A stretch of DNA of 64,000 nucleotides, from NCBI GenBank assembly GCA_043228905.1, contig JBHGNT010000017.1, positions 124,001 through 188,000 on the forward strand, in the 5' to 3' direction. Shown here one piece after another: positions 11,301-23,695 of the stretch. This DNA comes from Azolla caroliniana (taxonomy: Eukaryota > Plantae > Polypodiophyta). Each line of letters begins with the position of its first letter. The first letter of the stretch is position 1. The position numbers were made by a program, and so were the translations under genes. The notes under the pieces are model-generated. The model ran no database searches. It had not been told where the DNA came from and saw only the letters and a list, made by a program, of their open reading frames with translations.

Positions 11301-13501
11301 AAGGAGAAGGGCAAGAAGAAAATGCCGAAATACGACTTCGGCAGTCCCGAGTCAGATCGGAACGAGTCTGACTACGGGCAAACTAGAAAGGAACCTCCAC
11401 GCAAGAGGTCGAAAGTAGTCAAAAAGGTCTTGAAATCGGGTAATCACAAATTACGCCGATCTACCCGCCTGAAGAACCCCGTAAAGAGATACAGGTATAA
11501 TGAGTACATGGCGCACCATTACGCATACATGACGCGAGTGGCGGAAGTGCGTGAGCCGGAGAGCTACGCAAAAGCGGCGAAAGACGCGAACTAGCATGCC
11601 GCAATGGAGGAAGTGATGCGCGCATTATTGGAGAATGAAACCTGGGACCTAGTTGACGCACCGAAGGGTGTGAAGTCGATTGGATGTAGTTGACGCACCC
11701 TAGGATTTCTATCCGAACGAAACACCTCGGTAGTTTGCCGACTAAAGAAGTCATTGTACGGACTTAAGCAAGCTCTGCGAGCCTGGAACGTGAAGATTAT
11801 GCAACAACTGCGTAGGATGGGCTTTACAACGTCAAAATTAGACTCCTCTCTATTTCTTTGGCAAGGTCAACGCAGACCGGTTAGTCTACTATTATATATT
11901 GATGATTTAGTCATCGCCGGTGCCGACCTGGACGAAATCCGCCGCGTGAAGTCTCAGCTTGCAGCATCGTTTGAAATGAAGGATCTCGAAGACCTTCATT
12001 ACTTCCTCGGAATCGACGTGATCCGTACCCCCGAAGGCATATTGATCAATCAACGTCATTACGGGCTGAATATGCTCTTCAAGTTTGGGATGGAAAACTG
12101 TAAGCCCATCTCGACCCCTCTGGATAGAAACGCAAAGCTTTGCCTATATTCGGGAAAGGCATGCGACCCGACATGGTTTTGACAGATGGTCGGAAGCCTC
12201 ATCAATTTGACGATTATTCAACCGGATCCTAACTGCCCAATCGCCTTAATCAGTCAATTTATGTCACGGCCTACGGCCGAACACTTTCAGTGTGCGCAAA
12301 GGATATTGTGATATGTCAGCGGCATGAAAGACATGGCGTTGCTATATCGAGCAAGCGTAGCTGAACAGTTAGTCGGCTACACGGAGGCCGATTGGGCCGG
12401 AAATGCCCACAATCGTAGATCCACATCTAGATACACATTCTCACTGGGGAGTGCGGCGATTGCGTGGAGCAATAAGAAGCAACTGACAGTAGCATTGTCG
12501 AGCACAGAGGCCGAATATCGAGGGGCGACTGTCGCTACGTGCGAAGTCATTTGGTTGAAACGGCTACTACGGGATCTGTAGGTAGAGCTATATGATCTGA
12601 CGATGATCTATTGCGACAACCTCAGCAGTATCCACCTTGCAAAGAACCCCATTTTCCATGCCCGGACCAAGCACATTGAGGTGCATTACCATTTTTTCCA
12701 CGAGTGGGTGCTTTTAGGTGAAGTCGAACTAGCGTATGTTCCGACGGATCGGTAGGTTGCCGACATCTTCACCAAGCCTCTTGGTCTTGACAAATTATGG
12801 CATTTCTCAAGTGGGCTTGGGTTGCGTCAACTCGACACACCAAACTTGACCTTGGTCTTGACAAATTATGACATTTCTCAAGTGGGCTTGGGTTGCGTCA
12901 CCTCGACACACCGAACTTGAGGGCGAGAAAGGAAGAAGAGGAACAACAGCATGAGAGGAGTGGAGGTGTTCATCACGGCGGAAGTGACCGTGATGAGGAA
13001 TCGGATGAAGAATTCGATTTCGGACCAGCTCAAGAAGCCGAAGAAGAAAGCAAGGGCCGCAATCGTAGGGAAGAGCCGAGGACAGCCAAGAAGGGCGTAA
13101 AGGCCAAGACCAAGACATGGTCTGATGTAGTCAAAGGCCTAAAGACAGGAGACGAATTGGAGACAGCCAATTCGGATGACAACTGAATTGAATTGGAAGC
13201 GTTCGATTCGAATACGCCGTTAGAGAGATATTCCTTGAAAGGAATAATTTTGGGAGTAAGTGTAGCGGCTCATTTTTTAGCGTCAAGTACTGTCAGTACT
13301 TGTGTCAGCTCGATAGTCAGGTCTTGTATAAAAGGTGCTCACTGAGCACGAAGTATGTACAAAGTGTCATTATTTTGAAATAGAACTAAGTTGTTTGCTC
13401 TCTCTGCCTCTCCCTCTCCATCTCCATCTCTGTGTTTTCTGAGTTCTCCAAACTGTATACTCTGTGTTTCGCATACGCTTCCGCACACGTATTCTTCTAC
13501 A
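8324..13501 (+). mobile_element. Ty1/copia LTR retrotransposon 1 (decayed), inserted in the LINE
   Basis: TG...CA ends; perfect TSD ACGTA (8319-8323, 13502-13506); 5' LTR 8324-8722; PBS TGGTATCAGAG (tRNA-iMet) 8723-8733; 3' LTR 13216-13501 lacks its first ~112 bp. Confidence 0.95.
8834..13186 (+). pseudogene. Copia 1 gag-pol, disrupted
   Basis: Zn knuckle CWYCGKKGHRESEC, protease WYVDSGAS, integrase LIHSDV/LRSDGGKEY, RT YGLKQA and LYIDD, RNase H ADWAG/LSSTEAEY; many stops, frameshifts and an RT deletion near 11700. Confidence 0.93.
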
Positions 13502-13506
13502 ACGTA

Positions 13507-14373
13507 CAATAATGAACCACTTGATTGTGTGGAAAGCTTCAAATACCTTGATCTTTCAAATCATAGATGGAATGAATATGCTACACGCCACTTAGAGGCG
13601 GGAAAGTGAGCATATTATGCATTTGAGAACACATGCAATCATGGAGATATTAAGTAGTGGGTCCTCAAGAAATACTATTTTGACACTTTCGTGACACCAG
13701 TGCTTCTCTATGGGGTGGTCACATCCCCAAATCTACTTGGAAAGTGTTTGAAAATGTCCAAAAACATTTTCTTACAAAGTTTCTACAAGTTAAGAAACAA
13801 ATGTCATACATCCTCCTCCATTAGACAAGATGACTTCCCATTGAGATCATGGACATGGAAATGGTTGTTAAATACATTCTTAAGGTTCAAAAAATTCCCT
13901 CGCATCAACTTCCTAGAATTGCATGGTAAGCAAGCAAAAAGATCCAAAAGACACATAAAAGCCAAATTTTGTGTTCCGGTTAGGTGCAAGATATGAAAAA
14001 GTGGTTTGGTAGAAGGGATGCAACAACATTTTCTTCATGATGCATCACTAGATTCCTCTGTAAATGAGGCCTTTTGCCAATGTCATTATATCATGACATG
14101 GGAAAAATGTGGAGGCTCACGCTTCACACATTATACTACACATATTGCACCTAACTACAAAACCATATTCTTCACAGAACGGGGAAACCATACACATTTG
14201 ATACATGTTAGAGCCCATCCTATTGTCTTCCATTCAAACCATTGCTTCCATGTGACTTGGCTCTCATGGATTGCGATGTGAGAAAGGACGTTGGGCCACA
14301 AATGATGAGAGTGGTCGACTATATAGATGTTTCCCTAAACAAGTTCGAGAGTCTCAATATGACACTTTGATAC
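13507..14373 (+). mobile_element. LINE segment 3 (RT thumb and C-terminal region)
   Basis: YNNEPLDCVESFKYL continues KDKPCIT from 8323 across the TSD; later VTPVLLYG and LRCEKGRW. Confidence 0.8.
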
Positions 14374-17300
14374 TATTGAGAGTCAAATTGAACCTAAGTG
14401 TAGTGTGTGAACACATCTTTTTTGAGAATGTATCTACATTCAAAGGTCAAAGGTCACCACTACGTTTTAATATTAATTATGTGTCATAGAATCATATTCT
14501 ATGACACATAACTAATGAGCTCCACATTCCCCATGACACATGAGCTTCTATTGTTGCTAGAAAGTGAGTAGGTGGTTTAGTGAGAGGGTGACATTATATA
14601 AAGAACCCTCCTCCTACTTTGTAAGCGTCAGCTAATTTCTTCCATGTAATGCCATTATCTTTGTACTTGCTATTCTCTACTCCTTGTTAATATACATCTT
14701 GAGTATTCTATTTTCCTATCTATCTTATGTCTCTCCTCTCTCCGCTTTCACACACACATAACACACATCTCTAATCTATTTCACTGCATTGAATCACACT
14801 CGATTCTTTACATGGTATTAGAGTGATATGGTAGCTCGATCTAGCCCATCCTTGTGTGTTGTGTTCTACGCTGATGATTCAAGAAGAACCGGCTCATCGC
14901 TATCATAGTACCACTACATAGTTCGTGTCAAAGAGAGAAGAAAAAGAAGAGGGAAATCTACATCAACCATCATGAGTACTTGAATAGGTAGCTCTCTTCC
15001 CAACGAGTAGTTGGATCGAAACAATTTTGCATCTTGGGAATACTAGATACACTAATACGTTGTCAGACAAGGCTATTGGGGCTACATTCATGGAGCACAA
15101 GAAAAAAAACCCGACCCAAAGGACGCTGAATACTCAACGTGGGAGCAACTAATGAGTTGAGTAACATATTGCTTGGTCACAATGTCCATGATCACATACT
15201 CGGCTACATTTGAGAAGCTAAAATGCCAAAGGAAGCGTCGGAGACTCTCAAGAAAATTTGCATGGCCAACACAGCCACATGCAAGCTTCAACTCCGCCAA
15301 GAGTTGAACAATGTCCATCACAAGCTACACCTTGAAGATCAATGAGCTTTGTGATTCACTCAGCTCAATAAGTGTCAATGTGGAGGATGATGAGATGGTG
15401 CAAATATGCCTAGCCAACATTGCACCTCAGTTCGGCCTGATGAGAACCATTATCCTAGCAAGAGAGAATCCTCCCTCTTTCTTCGATCTTCAATCAATTT
15501 CGTTAGTTGAAGAAAACCATGTTTGAACCAAGAGCAATACCTCGGAAGGCCACATACTCTAGCACACACTTAGACGGAAAAAGAGGATGCGGTCATGCAA
15601 GAAGAGGTCGATTTTGCCCATGGACAAGGTGGACAAGGTTCGACCAATGAAAACAACTCCAAATTTCGCCAAGAAAGTTGAAACAAATGAGGTACATTCG
15701 AAAGAAGGGGGAGCTTCCATGCCAGACCAAGCTGACAAAACAACCCCATCAAATGTGGGTCTTGTGGCAAATTTGGCCACCATGAAGAGGAGTGTCGAAA
15801 GAAGAAGAGTGTGTTAGCTTCTCCAAGTCGGCAACTCAACAATTATGCCACCAACTCCAAATATGATGACTATGGTGAATTGTTCATAATGAGACATAGA
15901 GCGAACTCTATAGTGGCATCTGGCCCAACCAACACCTCTAATTCAGAAGACGTATGGTTTTTTGACTCTGGCGCATCAAACCATATGATTTCTCATCAAG
16001 AATGGTTCTGAAACCTACGAGAGCCGGATCGACCCGGCTATGTCGAGACTAGAGATGATACCACTCACCCCATTCGGCATGTCAGCAGTGTCCCATTCAG
16101 GAAAGACGGCGAACAAAATTGTATCAAAAATGTCTTGCATGTACCGACCATAGCAAAGAATTTGGTCTCAGTCGTCCAAAATTTGGAGGAAGGCATGCAA
16201 GTCCATTCGCCATGTCGGTAGTGTCCCATTCGGGAAAGACGACGAACAAAATTGTATCAAAAACATCTTGCATGTATTGACCATAACGAAGAATTTGGTC
16301 TCGTTCGGCCAAATTTTGGAGCAAGGCATGCAAGTCCGATTCAATGAAGGTGGTTACTTCATTAAAAAGGAAGACTGACTCATCGCTCATAGTCGAAGGG
16401 AAGGCCGAATTTTTATCCTCAAGTCGAACAAGGTAAAATCAACCATGTTTGCAAAAGGCCATAAAGCCGACGCTGTCATTGTTGTGGCACAAAAGAATCG
16501 GCCACATCAACATCCAAAAGCTCAAGGGGATGAAATCAAAAGGAGTTCTCATTAGACTCCCTACATTTAAAGAAAAGGAAATCAATGGAGTATGTGAAGC
16601 TTGCCAATTCATCAAGCAACATCGGCACCCATTCCCAAAATAGACGAACATGAGTAAAGGGCTATTGAACATAATCCACTCAGATCTGTGGAGACCTACT
16701 CAGACGGCAACATTCGGAGGATGTTGATACTATGTTACCTTTATCGACAACTTCTCAGGCACACCTGGATCTTCCCATGAGGTAGAAGAGTGAAGTTTTT
16801 GCACACTTCCAAATATTCAAAAGTGGAGTCGAAAGGAAACGTGTCAATTTGTTAGATACCTTCGGTATGATTGAGGAAAACAGTACCTCTTCAACAAATT
16901 TTTGGCTTCTCTCCGGAAAGAAGGAATTGGAGGAGATTTTACATGTCGACACACATTGCAAAAGAACGGAGTGGCTGAATGCAAAAATCGGCACATCCTC
17001 AAAGTAGCAAGGGCAATGATGAACAAAAAGAATCTACCAAAATCATACTAGGCTAAAACAGCAAATATTGTCGGCTACCTCGTGAACCGGGGCACAACAT
17101 CCGGAGTGCATGATGTAACCCCTCAGGAGAAATATTACGGAAGAAAGCCGGACCTATCCCATGTTAGGATATTCAACTCTATTGCATATGTGCACATTCC
17201 CAACAAAAAGCAACAAAAACTACATCCCAAGTTGGAGAAATGTATCCTCGCAGGGTACTCATCGGAGAAAAGGGGTACAAATGCTTCAACCCCTCTACTC

Positions 17301-19669
17301 GGAAGGTTCACGTAAGTCAGGATATATACTTTGACAAGTTGGCATCATGGTACGAACTTGAGCCGACTACTCCCAAACCATTTACAAACAACCTTGACAA
17401 CACAGAAGACAATGATCAGCTAAGGTCGATACCTGAAGAAAGTCCAATCACAACCAGGCTGAGTGGACCTCAAGAGCCTCCAAGCGAGCAAAGCATGTCA
17501 CAGTCAAGTTTGAAATCAGACAAAGGAAAGGGAAAAATGACGGAATATGAAGACGATCAATATGACGACAATGAATTGACTCACGCACTCGACAGTGAGC
17601 TCAGTGGCTTTGTTGTGCCTATGATGAGGACACTTCATGTAAAGAAAGTCATTGCCATAGCCAATGAATGACCATGACACTCCACCTGTAAGAAGAATCC
17701 GGTCAACCAATTCGGTTATAATGACTACATGACATATCATTATGCCTTTATGATGAAGGCTTAGTAAGTACGCGATATGGGATCTTGTCCCCTACTCACC
17801 TCACAAGAAGGCAATCGGCTACAGATGGATATACAAAGTGAAGTATAATGGAGACGGCTCCATCAAACACTACAAATCTTGACTTGTAGCAAAAGGTTAC
17901 ACACATACACACGGAGTCGACTATGAGGAGACCTTTGCCCCACTGGCGAAGATGACGACTATTCGAATTGTGATTGCACTTGTAGCGGCAAAAGGGTGGC
18001 ACCTCCACTAGATGGAGGTAAAGAACGCCTTTCTTCAAGGAGAATTAGAAGAAGATGTTTTCATGATCCAACCACCCAGTTTCGAATCAACCAACCATTT
18101 TGCCACAGTCTAAGGACTCAAGAAGTTGTTTTATGGCCTTAACCAAGCACCATGTGCTTGGCATGTAAAGATAACACCATATCTTCTTCAAATGGGCTTC
18201 AGAATGTCAAAATTAGACAACTCTCTCTATGTAAGAAGCGATTCTGAAAGTCCAATTTTGATCATCCTCTATGTGGATGATCTTGTCATTGGAGATGAAG
18301 AGCTAGTCGACATCAACAAGGGCAAGGTTCTCCTATCCAGTGAATTTGAAATCAAAGACATGCAGGAGCTCCATTACTTCCTTGGCATAGAAGTACTTCT
18401 GACACTAGTCAGGATCATGATCTCCCAATGACACAACATCCTCAACTTGTTATACAAGTTCGGGATGATTTAGTGCAAATATGTGGCAACCCCTATCGAT
18501 CAATACTTGAAGGTAGATGCTGACTCTAGCATAGAAGAGTGTGAGCTAACTCACTATCGTCAGCTAGTTGGAAGCCTAATCTACCTCTCCATTACTCGAC
18601 TAGACCTCAGTTATCCAGTTGGCCTCCTTAACCAAATCATGCAAACACCTCACGACATCCATTTGGACTATGCTAAGCGACTAGTTAGGTATGTAAGTGG
18701 GACGATGGATTATGGCATCCTCTACAAATCAACCACAACAATTCAACTTAAAGGTTACAGGGATGCTGATTGGGTCGGCTTCAAAGCCAAGCGATGATCG
18801 ATTTCAGGGTTCGACTTCTCTCTCGGTAGTGGAGCCATCTCCTTCAGTAGCAAGAAGCAACTGACCGTCACACTTTCGATCACAGCGGCCAAATATAGGG
18901 GCGCGACCATGGCTTCATCTTAAGCTGGTTGGCTTAAGCAAATTTTGAAAGACCTTGGCATCTCCATCAACGACCCCATCTTGATCTACTGTGACAATCT
19001 TAGCAACAACATCCACTTGGCTCGAAACCCAGTATTCCATGCTCGGACAAAGCACATCGAGGTGCACTACCACTTCATCGAGGAACATATCATTGCAAGG
19101 ATGTCGACCTTCAACATATCCATACCAATCTTCAAACAACCAACATATTCACGAAAGCTTTGGGGACTGACAAGCTTTGGCAAATTTCAACCAAGCTTGG
19201 CCTTTCGACCAATGGCTTGCTGAGCTTGAGGGGGAGTGATAGTCGACCTGACAATTAACTCAGTCATGACATCATTGAGCTTGAAGAGGCACGTTGAGAA
19301 TCAAACTCAACCTAAGTCTAGTGTGTGAACATGTCATCTTTTTTGAGAATGTATCTACACTCAAAGGTCAAAGGTCACCACTACTTTATAACATTAACTA
19401 TGTGTCATAGAATCATATTTTATGACACATAACTAATGAGTTCCACATTCCCCATGACACATGACCTTCTATAGTTGCTAGAGAGTGAGTGAGTGGTTTC
19501 GTGAGTGGGTGACCTTATATAAAGCACCCTCCTACTTTGTAAGCAGCGGCTATTCTTCCATGTAATGTTATTATCTTTGTACTTGTTATTATCTACTCCT
19601 TGTCAATATACATGTTGAGTATTTTATTTTCCTATCTATCTTATATTTCTCGTGTCTCCTTTTTCACAC
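14374..19669 (+). mobile_element. Ty1/copia LTR retrotransposon 2 (heavily decayed), related to copia 1
   Basis: 5' LTR 14374-14812; PBS TGGTATTAGAG 14813-14823; DSGAS, LYVDD and HARTKHIEV motifs; 3' LTR from 19292, truncated at ~19669, so no right TSD. Confidence 0.92.
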
Positions 19670-19780
19670 TTCCTCACTTGTTTGACCAAGCCCAATCCAT
19701 GCACAAATTTCTCTCATAACCATAATGTGCACTCTCGATTGCAACATTCATTGGTAAAGTTCTTGAATATCGAGAGTTGT
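19670..19780 (+). mobile_element. LINE segment 4 (3' end remnant)
   Basis: Reads PHLFDQAQSMHKFL..ALSIATFIGKVLEYRE directly after the truncated copia 2 LTR, plausible as a LINE ORF2 C-terminus. Confidence 0.5.
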
Positions 19781-22700
19781 TACTCACTTTCACACATATC
19801 ATGTGAAATGTAATATTTTTTGTCACATAGGTCATATTTAACCTCCGAAGATGATAATATAATCTATCTATCTATCTCTCGTTTAATCCTCACAAGGGGA
19901 AGCCACACTTGACAAGGTTTGAGTGTTGGGTTTCTTTGTGAGCTTCAATCGTGATATAATAAATCGAGAGACCTGACCATTGTGATGGTCCTATTACTAC
20001 CTTTAATCATTAATCACGTAACCCATGAAATCGTAAGATCTAGAGGAGATCTCACCCATCCTACTCCTTCTTACTATTTCCTCTAGAACATATACCTCGA
20101 CTACCATATTCTCGCATCGCATACAAAGCTCACAGGATGGATGCCTTAGACACAATCATGTATAGACCTCCGTGGAAGGAGTAAGCATCCTCCTCTGTCA
20201 ACAGTAGTTTTGTAAGACACTATGTTAGAATGGTACTCAGACCTCAATGATCCACATTTCCATGTTCAACCCAGCAAGCTACCATGAAGGATGGAGGTTG
20301 TTTATTCTCTACATTACACATGCTTTTTGGCCTCTCTATGGCTTGGTTGGGCTTGCCCCTCTTTTTCTCTTCTTTGCTTTTTGCTTGCTTTGCTATTTAA
20401 ATTGTTGTACGCTTCTCGCATGATTGTAATAACGATTATGATTCAGTAGTAATACCCCTTATTTACCTCCTCATGTTGATGATCACATGAGCTACAGCCT
20501 GCTTGCATTTCCATACTCAATTTATAAACTCCAAGGCTAGCTGGTATAATAAGTAAAGGAAAAGGAGGCGTATCTAGTTTATAAGTAGTAAAGGACGGGA
20601 TGTCCTCCGCAATTATATTGCACTAATATGTAAGTCCTCCAAAATCTCTTTACACACTTGCGCTTCTACATAGGTTTGTATGGCCTCCTCCCCTCCGTCT
20701 CCTTTTTAGATTACAGGTATAGCCGTACCTTCGTTTTGTTAGTACAAATGAGTTTTATCATTAAAAGAGCAACTCTTCTTACTCGTGACATAGTAAGACA
20801 CGTCTTACACAACAACACACTCTTTTGTTTTGTTGCAGTGACTACTTGGGTTCTCTAGGAGTTTCATCTTGGACTGGCTCCATACCTCCCTACTCTCCTA
20901 GTCTTGGATCCAAGAAAGGCCGGGGTCCTTTTTTCTAGCATTGGTCCCATTTCAAAGTCACCATTTAAGGCTAGTGGTACCTTAATGTCAAATTTTAGTG
21001 TTCAATAGTGTTTTCCTTGTTACCCACGGTCCTCTAGGTAATGGGATGGGGATCCACCATATTCATAAATCATCCCATCCTCCTATGGCTAGGTATGGTT
21101 ATGGATGTGCTAAATACCCCTAGCGAATACATCCTTGTCTTGTCTTTTCTAGCTTTTCATGGGATTCTTGTAGGCAGATATTGATGCTTCTTTTGCACTT
21201 GAGGTTGGATCATGGTGTTTCTTGAACTCTCTTAAAAGGAGTTTTGGTTTCCTAACAATTTGTTCCTTTTTCTACCCTCTTGTTTCAAACTATAAATCTT
21301 GTAGATCTCCATTGAATATATACAAGACCATGTGGGGTCACTTTACACCCTATCCATCTTGACATGACTTGTTGAAATTTGTAATCTAACTCATGGACAT
21401 GAGTTTTGCCTTCATGAACATGAGTTTGTTCATTATCTAATCTACTAGCACAATCACATTAGTTCCAACAAAACATCATGTGGTTTCGTTTGTGTCTATT
21501 TGTTAATTTAATATTTGGCTTTTGTGCCTACACTTTATTCATTCTTCCTAACGTTCCTTTATGCATTTGTTTCATTGGTATGATTTCATATTGACATTCC
21601 CTATCATTATTCCTTCTTTAATTTACACTTTTGTGTTTGAATATATAATAATGTATGCTTGTATATATCTCCATTTGTAATTGGTATTATTATTATTACC
21701 TTGGGCAGGTCTTATTTGCCCTTTATCCATTCTTGTTTATTTCTGGTGCTTGGTTCCTTTGTTGTGAATGATAATTGTAACTATTGGTTTTGGGCTACCT
21801 ATGGACACTCCAAAATCATCTAGTAGAAGGATAATCTAGTCTAGTTCTAATTTCTTATTTTACATTTTTTCTACTCATATAGATTCTAATGATCTGCAAA
21901 AACAAAAATAGAGTTTTCGTATTGTGGTGTCCCTTTCATGCAAGTGCATGCCTTTTATGACCCCACCCTTTTAGCACACCCTTTTGGGCACGCATGTAGC
22001 TAGGCCAACCCAAAATGGGTACCTTTGTATCTTCTATAAATTGAACGATAAGTAAGAAGCCAACGAAGCTAGTTTGGATTCCTCTTATGTGCATTTCACA
22101 TAATTGGTGGAGAAGCGGGGTAAAATTTTAGCCATTACCACCTCGTTCATGGCCTCCCAATTCCCTCCCGCCGCCTCCGAAGTGATACCCCTATGTAGCC
22201 TGAGTTCCCACAACCTCATCAACGGCCACCCCCTTTCCAAATGGAGCAGCTCCTACAAGTCCTCTCCAATGCCATGCTTCAAATCAACCAAACAAATCAA
22301 GCTATGCTTTCCTTCCTCTCCACTCACAACGACCGTGCTCAAGATCGGCCAGATTCCAAGGTCCGCCCGAAGTCCTTCTCTGGCTTGCCTTCTGAGGATG
22401 TCTTAGCTTGGTTGGACCACTTTGAGATGATCTCCAGTTACGATCAATGGTCTGACGAGCGCAAAGCTTTGGAAGTTCGTACCCTGCTCGAAAATGTCGT
22501 CGTCACATGGTACGTACAACAATCAAGTGAACTGACAAAGAACTAGGTGATCCTCTGGGATCTCCTCGTGCAAAACTTCATCCATCAAAATTCAGCCCAA
22601 ACGGCATTGCAACAACTTGAAACGTTGAAACAACAAGCACACGAACTTGTGGGCCACTTTGGTGTTAGCCTCAATCAACTCCTCCTTCACGTTGATCCTA

Positions 22701-23283
22701 CCATGCCCGAGCATGTGAAACTTTTCTTCTTATTACCCCGTTTGCGCCATGACATCACTCGCCACACTCGGGACCAAGGTCCCAAGACATTCAACGATGC
22801 CATCCTCATTTCCCAACGCATCGAAGCTTGTATATTATCCGACTCCCAACCACATTCGCCCCATCCATCATCGACCAACCTACGAGCCCAGTACTAGGGA
22901 GCGGCCCCCATGGACATTGATTTCCAAAACGTGCAATTTGTAGGCTCGCCGCAACCTTCCCCATCGCGATGGCCAAGGGCGCCCGAAGTGTTTCTACTAC
23001 CACAATTATGGCCATGTCTTACGTCACTATCAGAAATTGCAACAATGGTCTCACAAGCAACAAGTCTAAATAACCATGGCTGACGTGGCATCGTTGGCTG
23101 AGCTTCCGGGACACTAACCTCCAAGGTGCTAACGGAAGAGCCAGCTCCCCACATCCAAGCGTCTGCCTCTTCCAAGTCACAGGACTGCACTGCTCTCACC
23201 ATGACCAATCACTCCACCCACACCATCTTGTTAGACTCTGGTAGTAGTATCTCTTCCATTAGCATCGCCTTAATTCACCAGGC

Positions 23284-23695
23284 TATTAGAGACATGAAAA
23301 CAGTTATGTCAAGATTTGAACTCTTAACCTCTTGTATTATAGTCAAGTGTTATATTGTAACCAACAGATCCAAGTACATAGTCATGTTATGTATATCTTC
23401 ATTGATTATCTATTCACATTCTAGGAGTTTTTTGAAAGTTCTAGAACTAGAAGGTTCTAGAGGGTTCTAGAATATTCTCCAAAATATTCTCAAGAATATT
23501 CTAATGCATGTACTTCAACTCACAGTATAAATACTTGTAACCTCTTGGGTTCCTTTTAAGGGATTCAACACCAGTTACGGAATCATAATTCAACTCTTGT
23601 TCTCTTGACTACTTTCTCTCTCTCTTTCTTATTATCTTGTCTATGATCTCTCTCTCACTCTCATAGTATTGAACCTCGTCTACTTGTCTGTGACA
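23284..23695 (+). mobile_element. Solo LTR inside the gypsy protease
   Basis: TA(=TG)...CA ends, degenerate TSD CAGGC/TAAGC, internal TATAAATA; interrupts the protease after SISIALIHQ. Confidence 0.65.

Noticed and set aside
20100-21900. Possible gene or TE remnant between copia 2 and the gypsy
   Set aside because: No sustained frame, termini or motif I can identify
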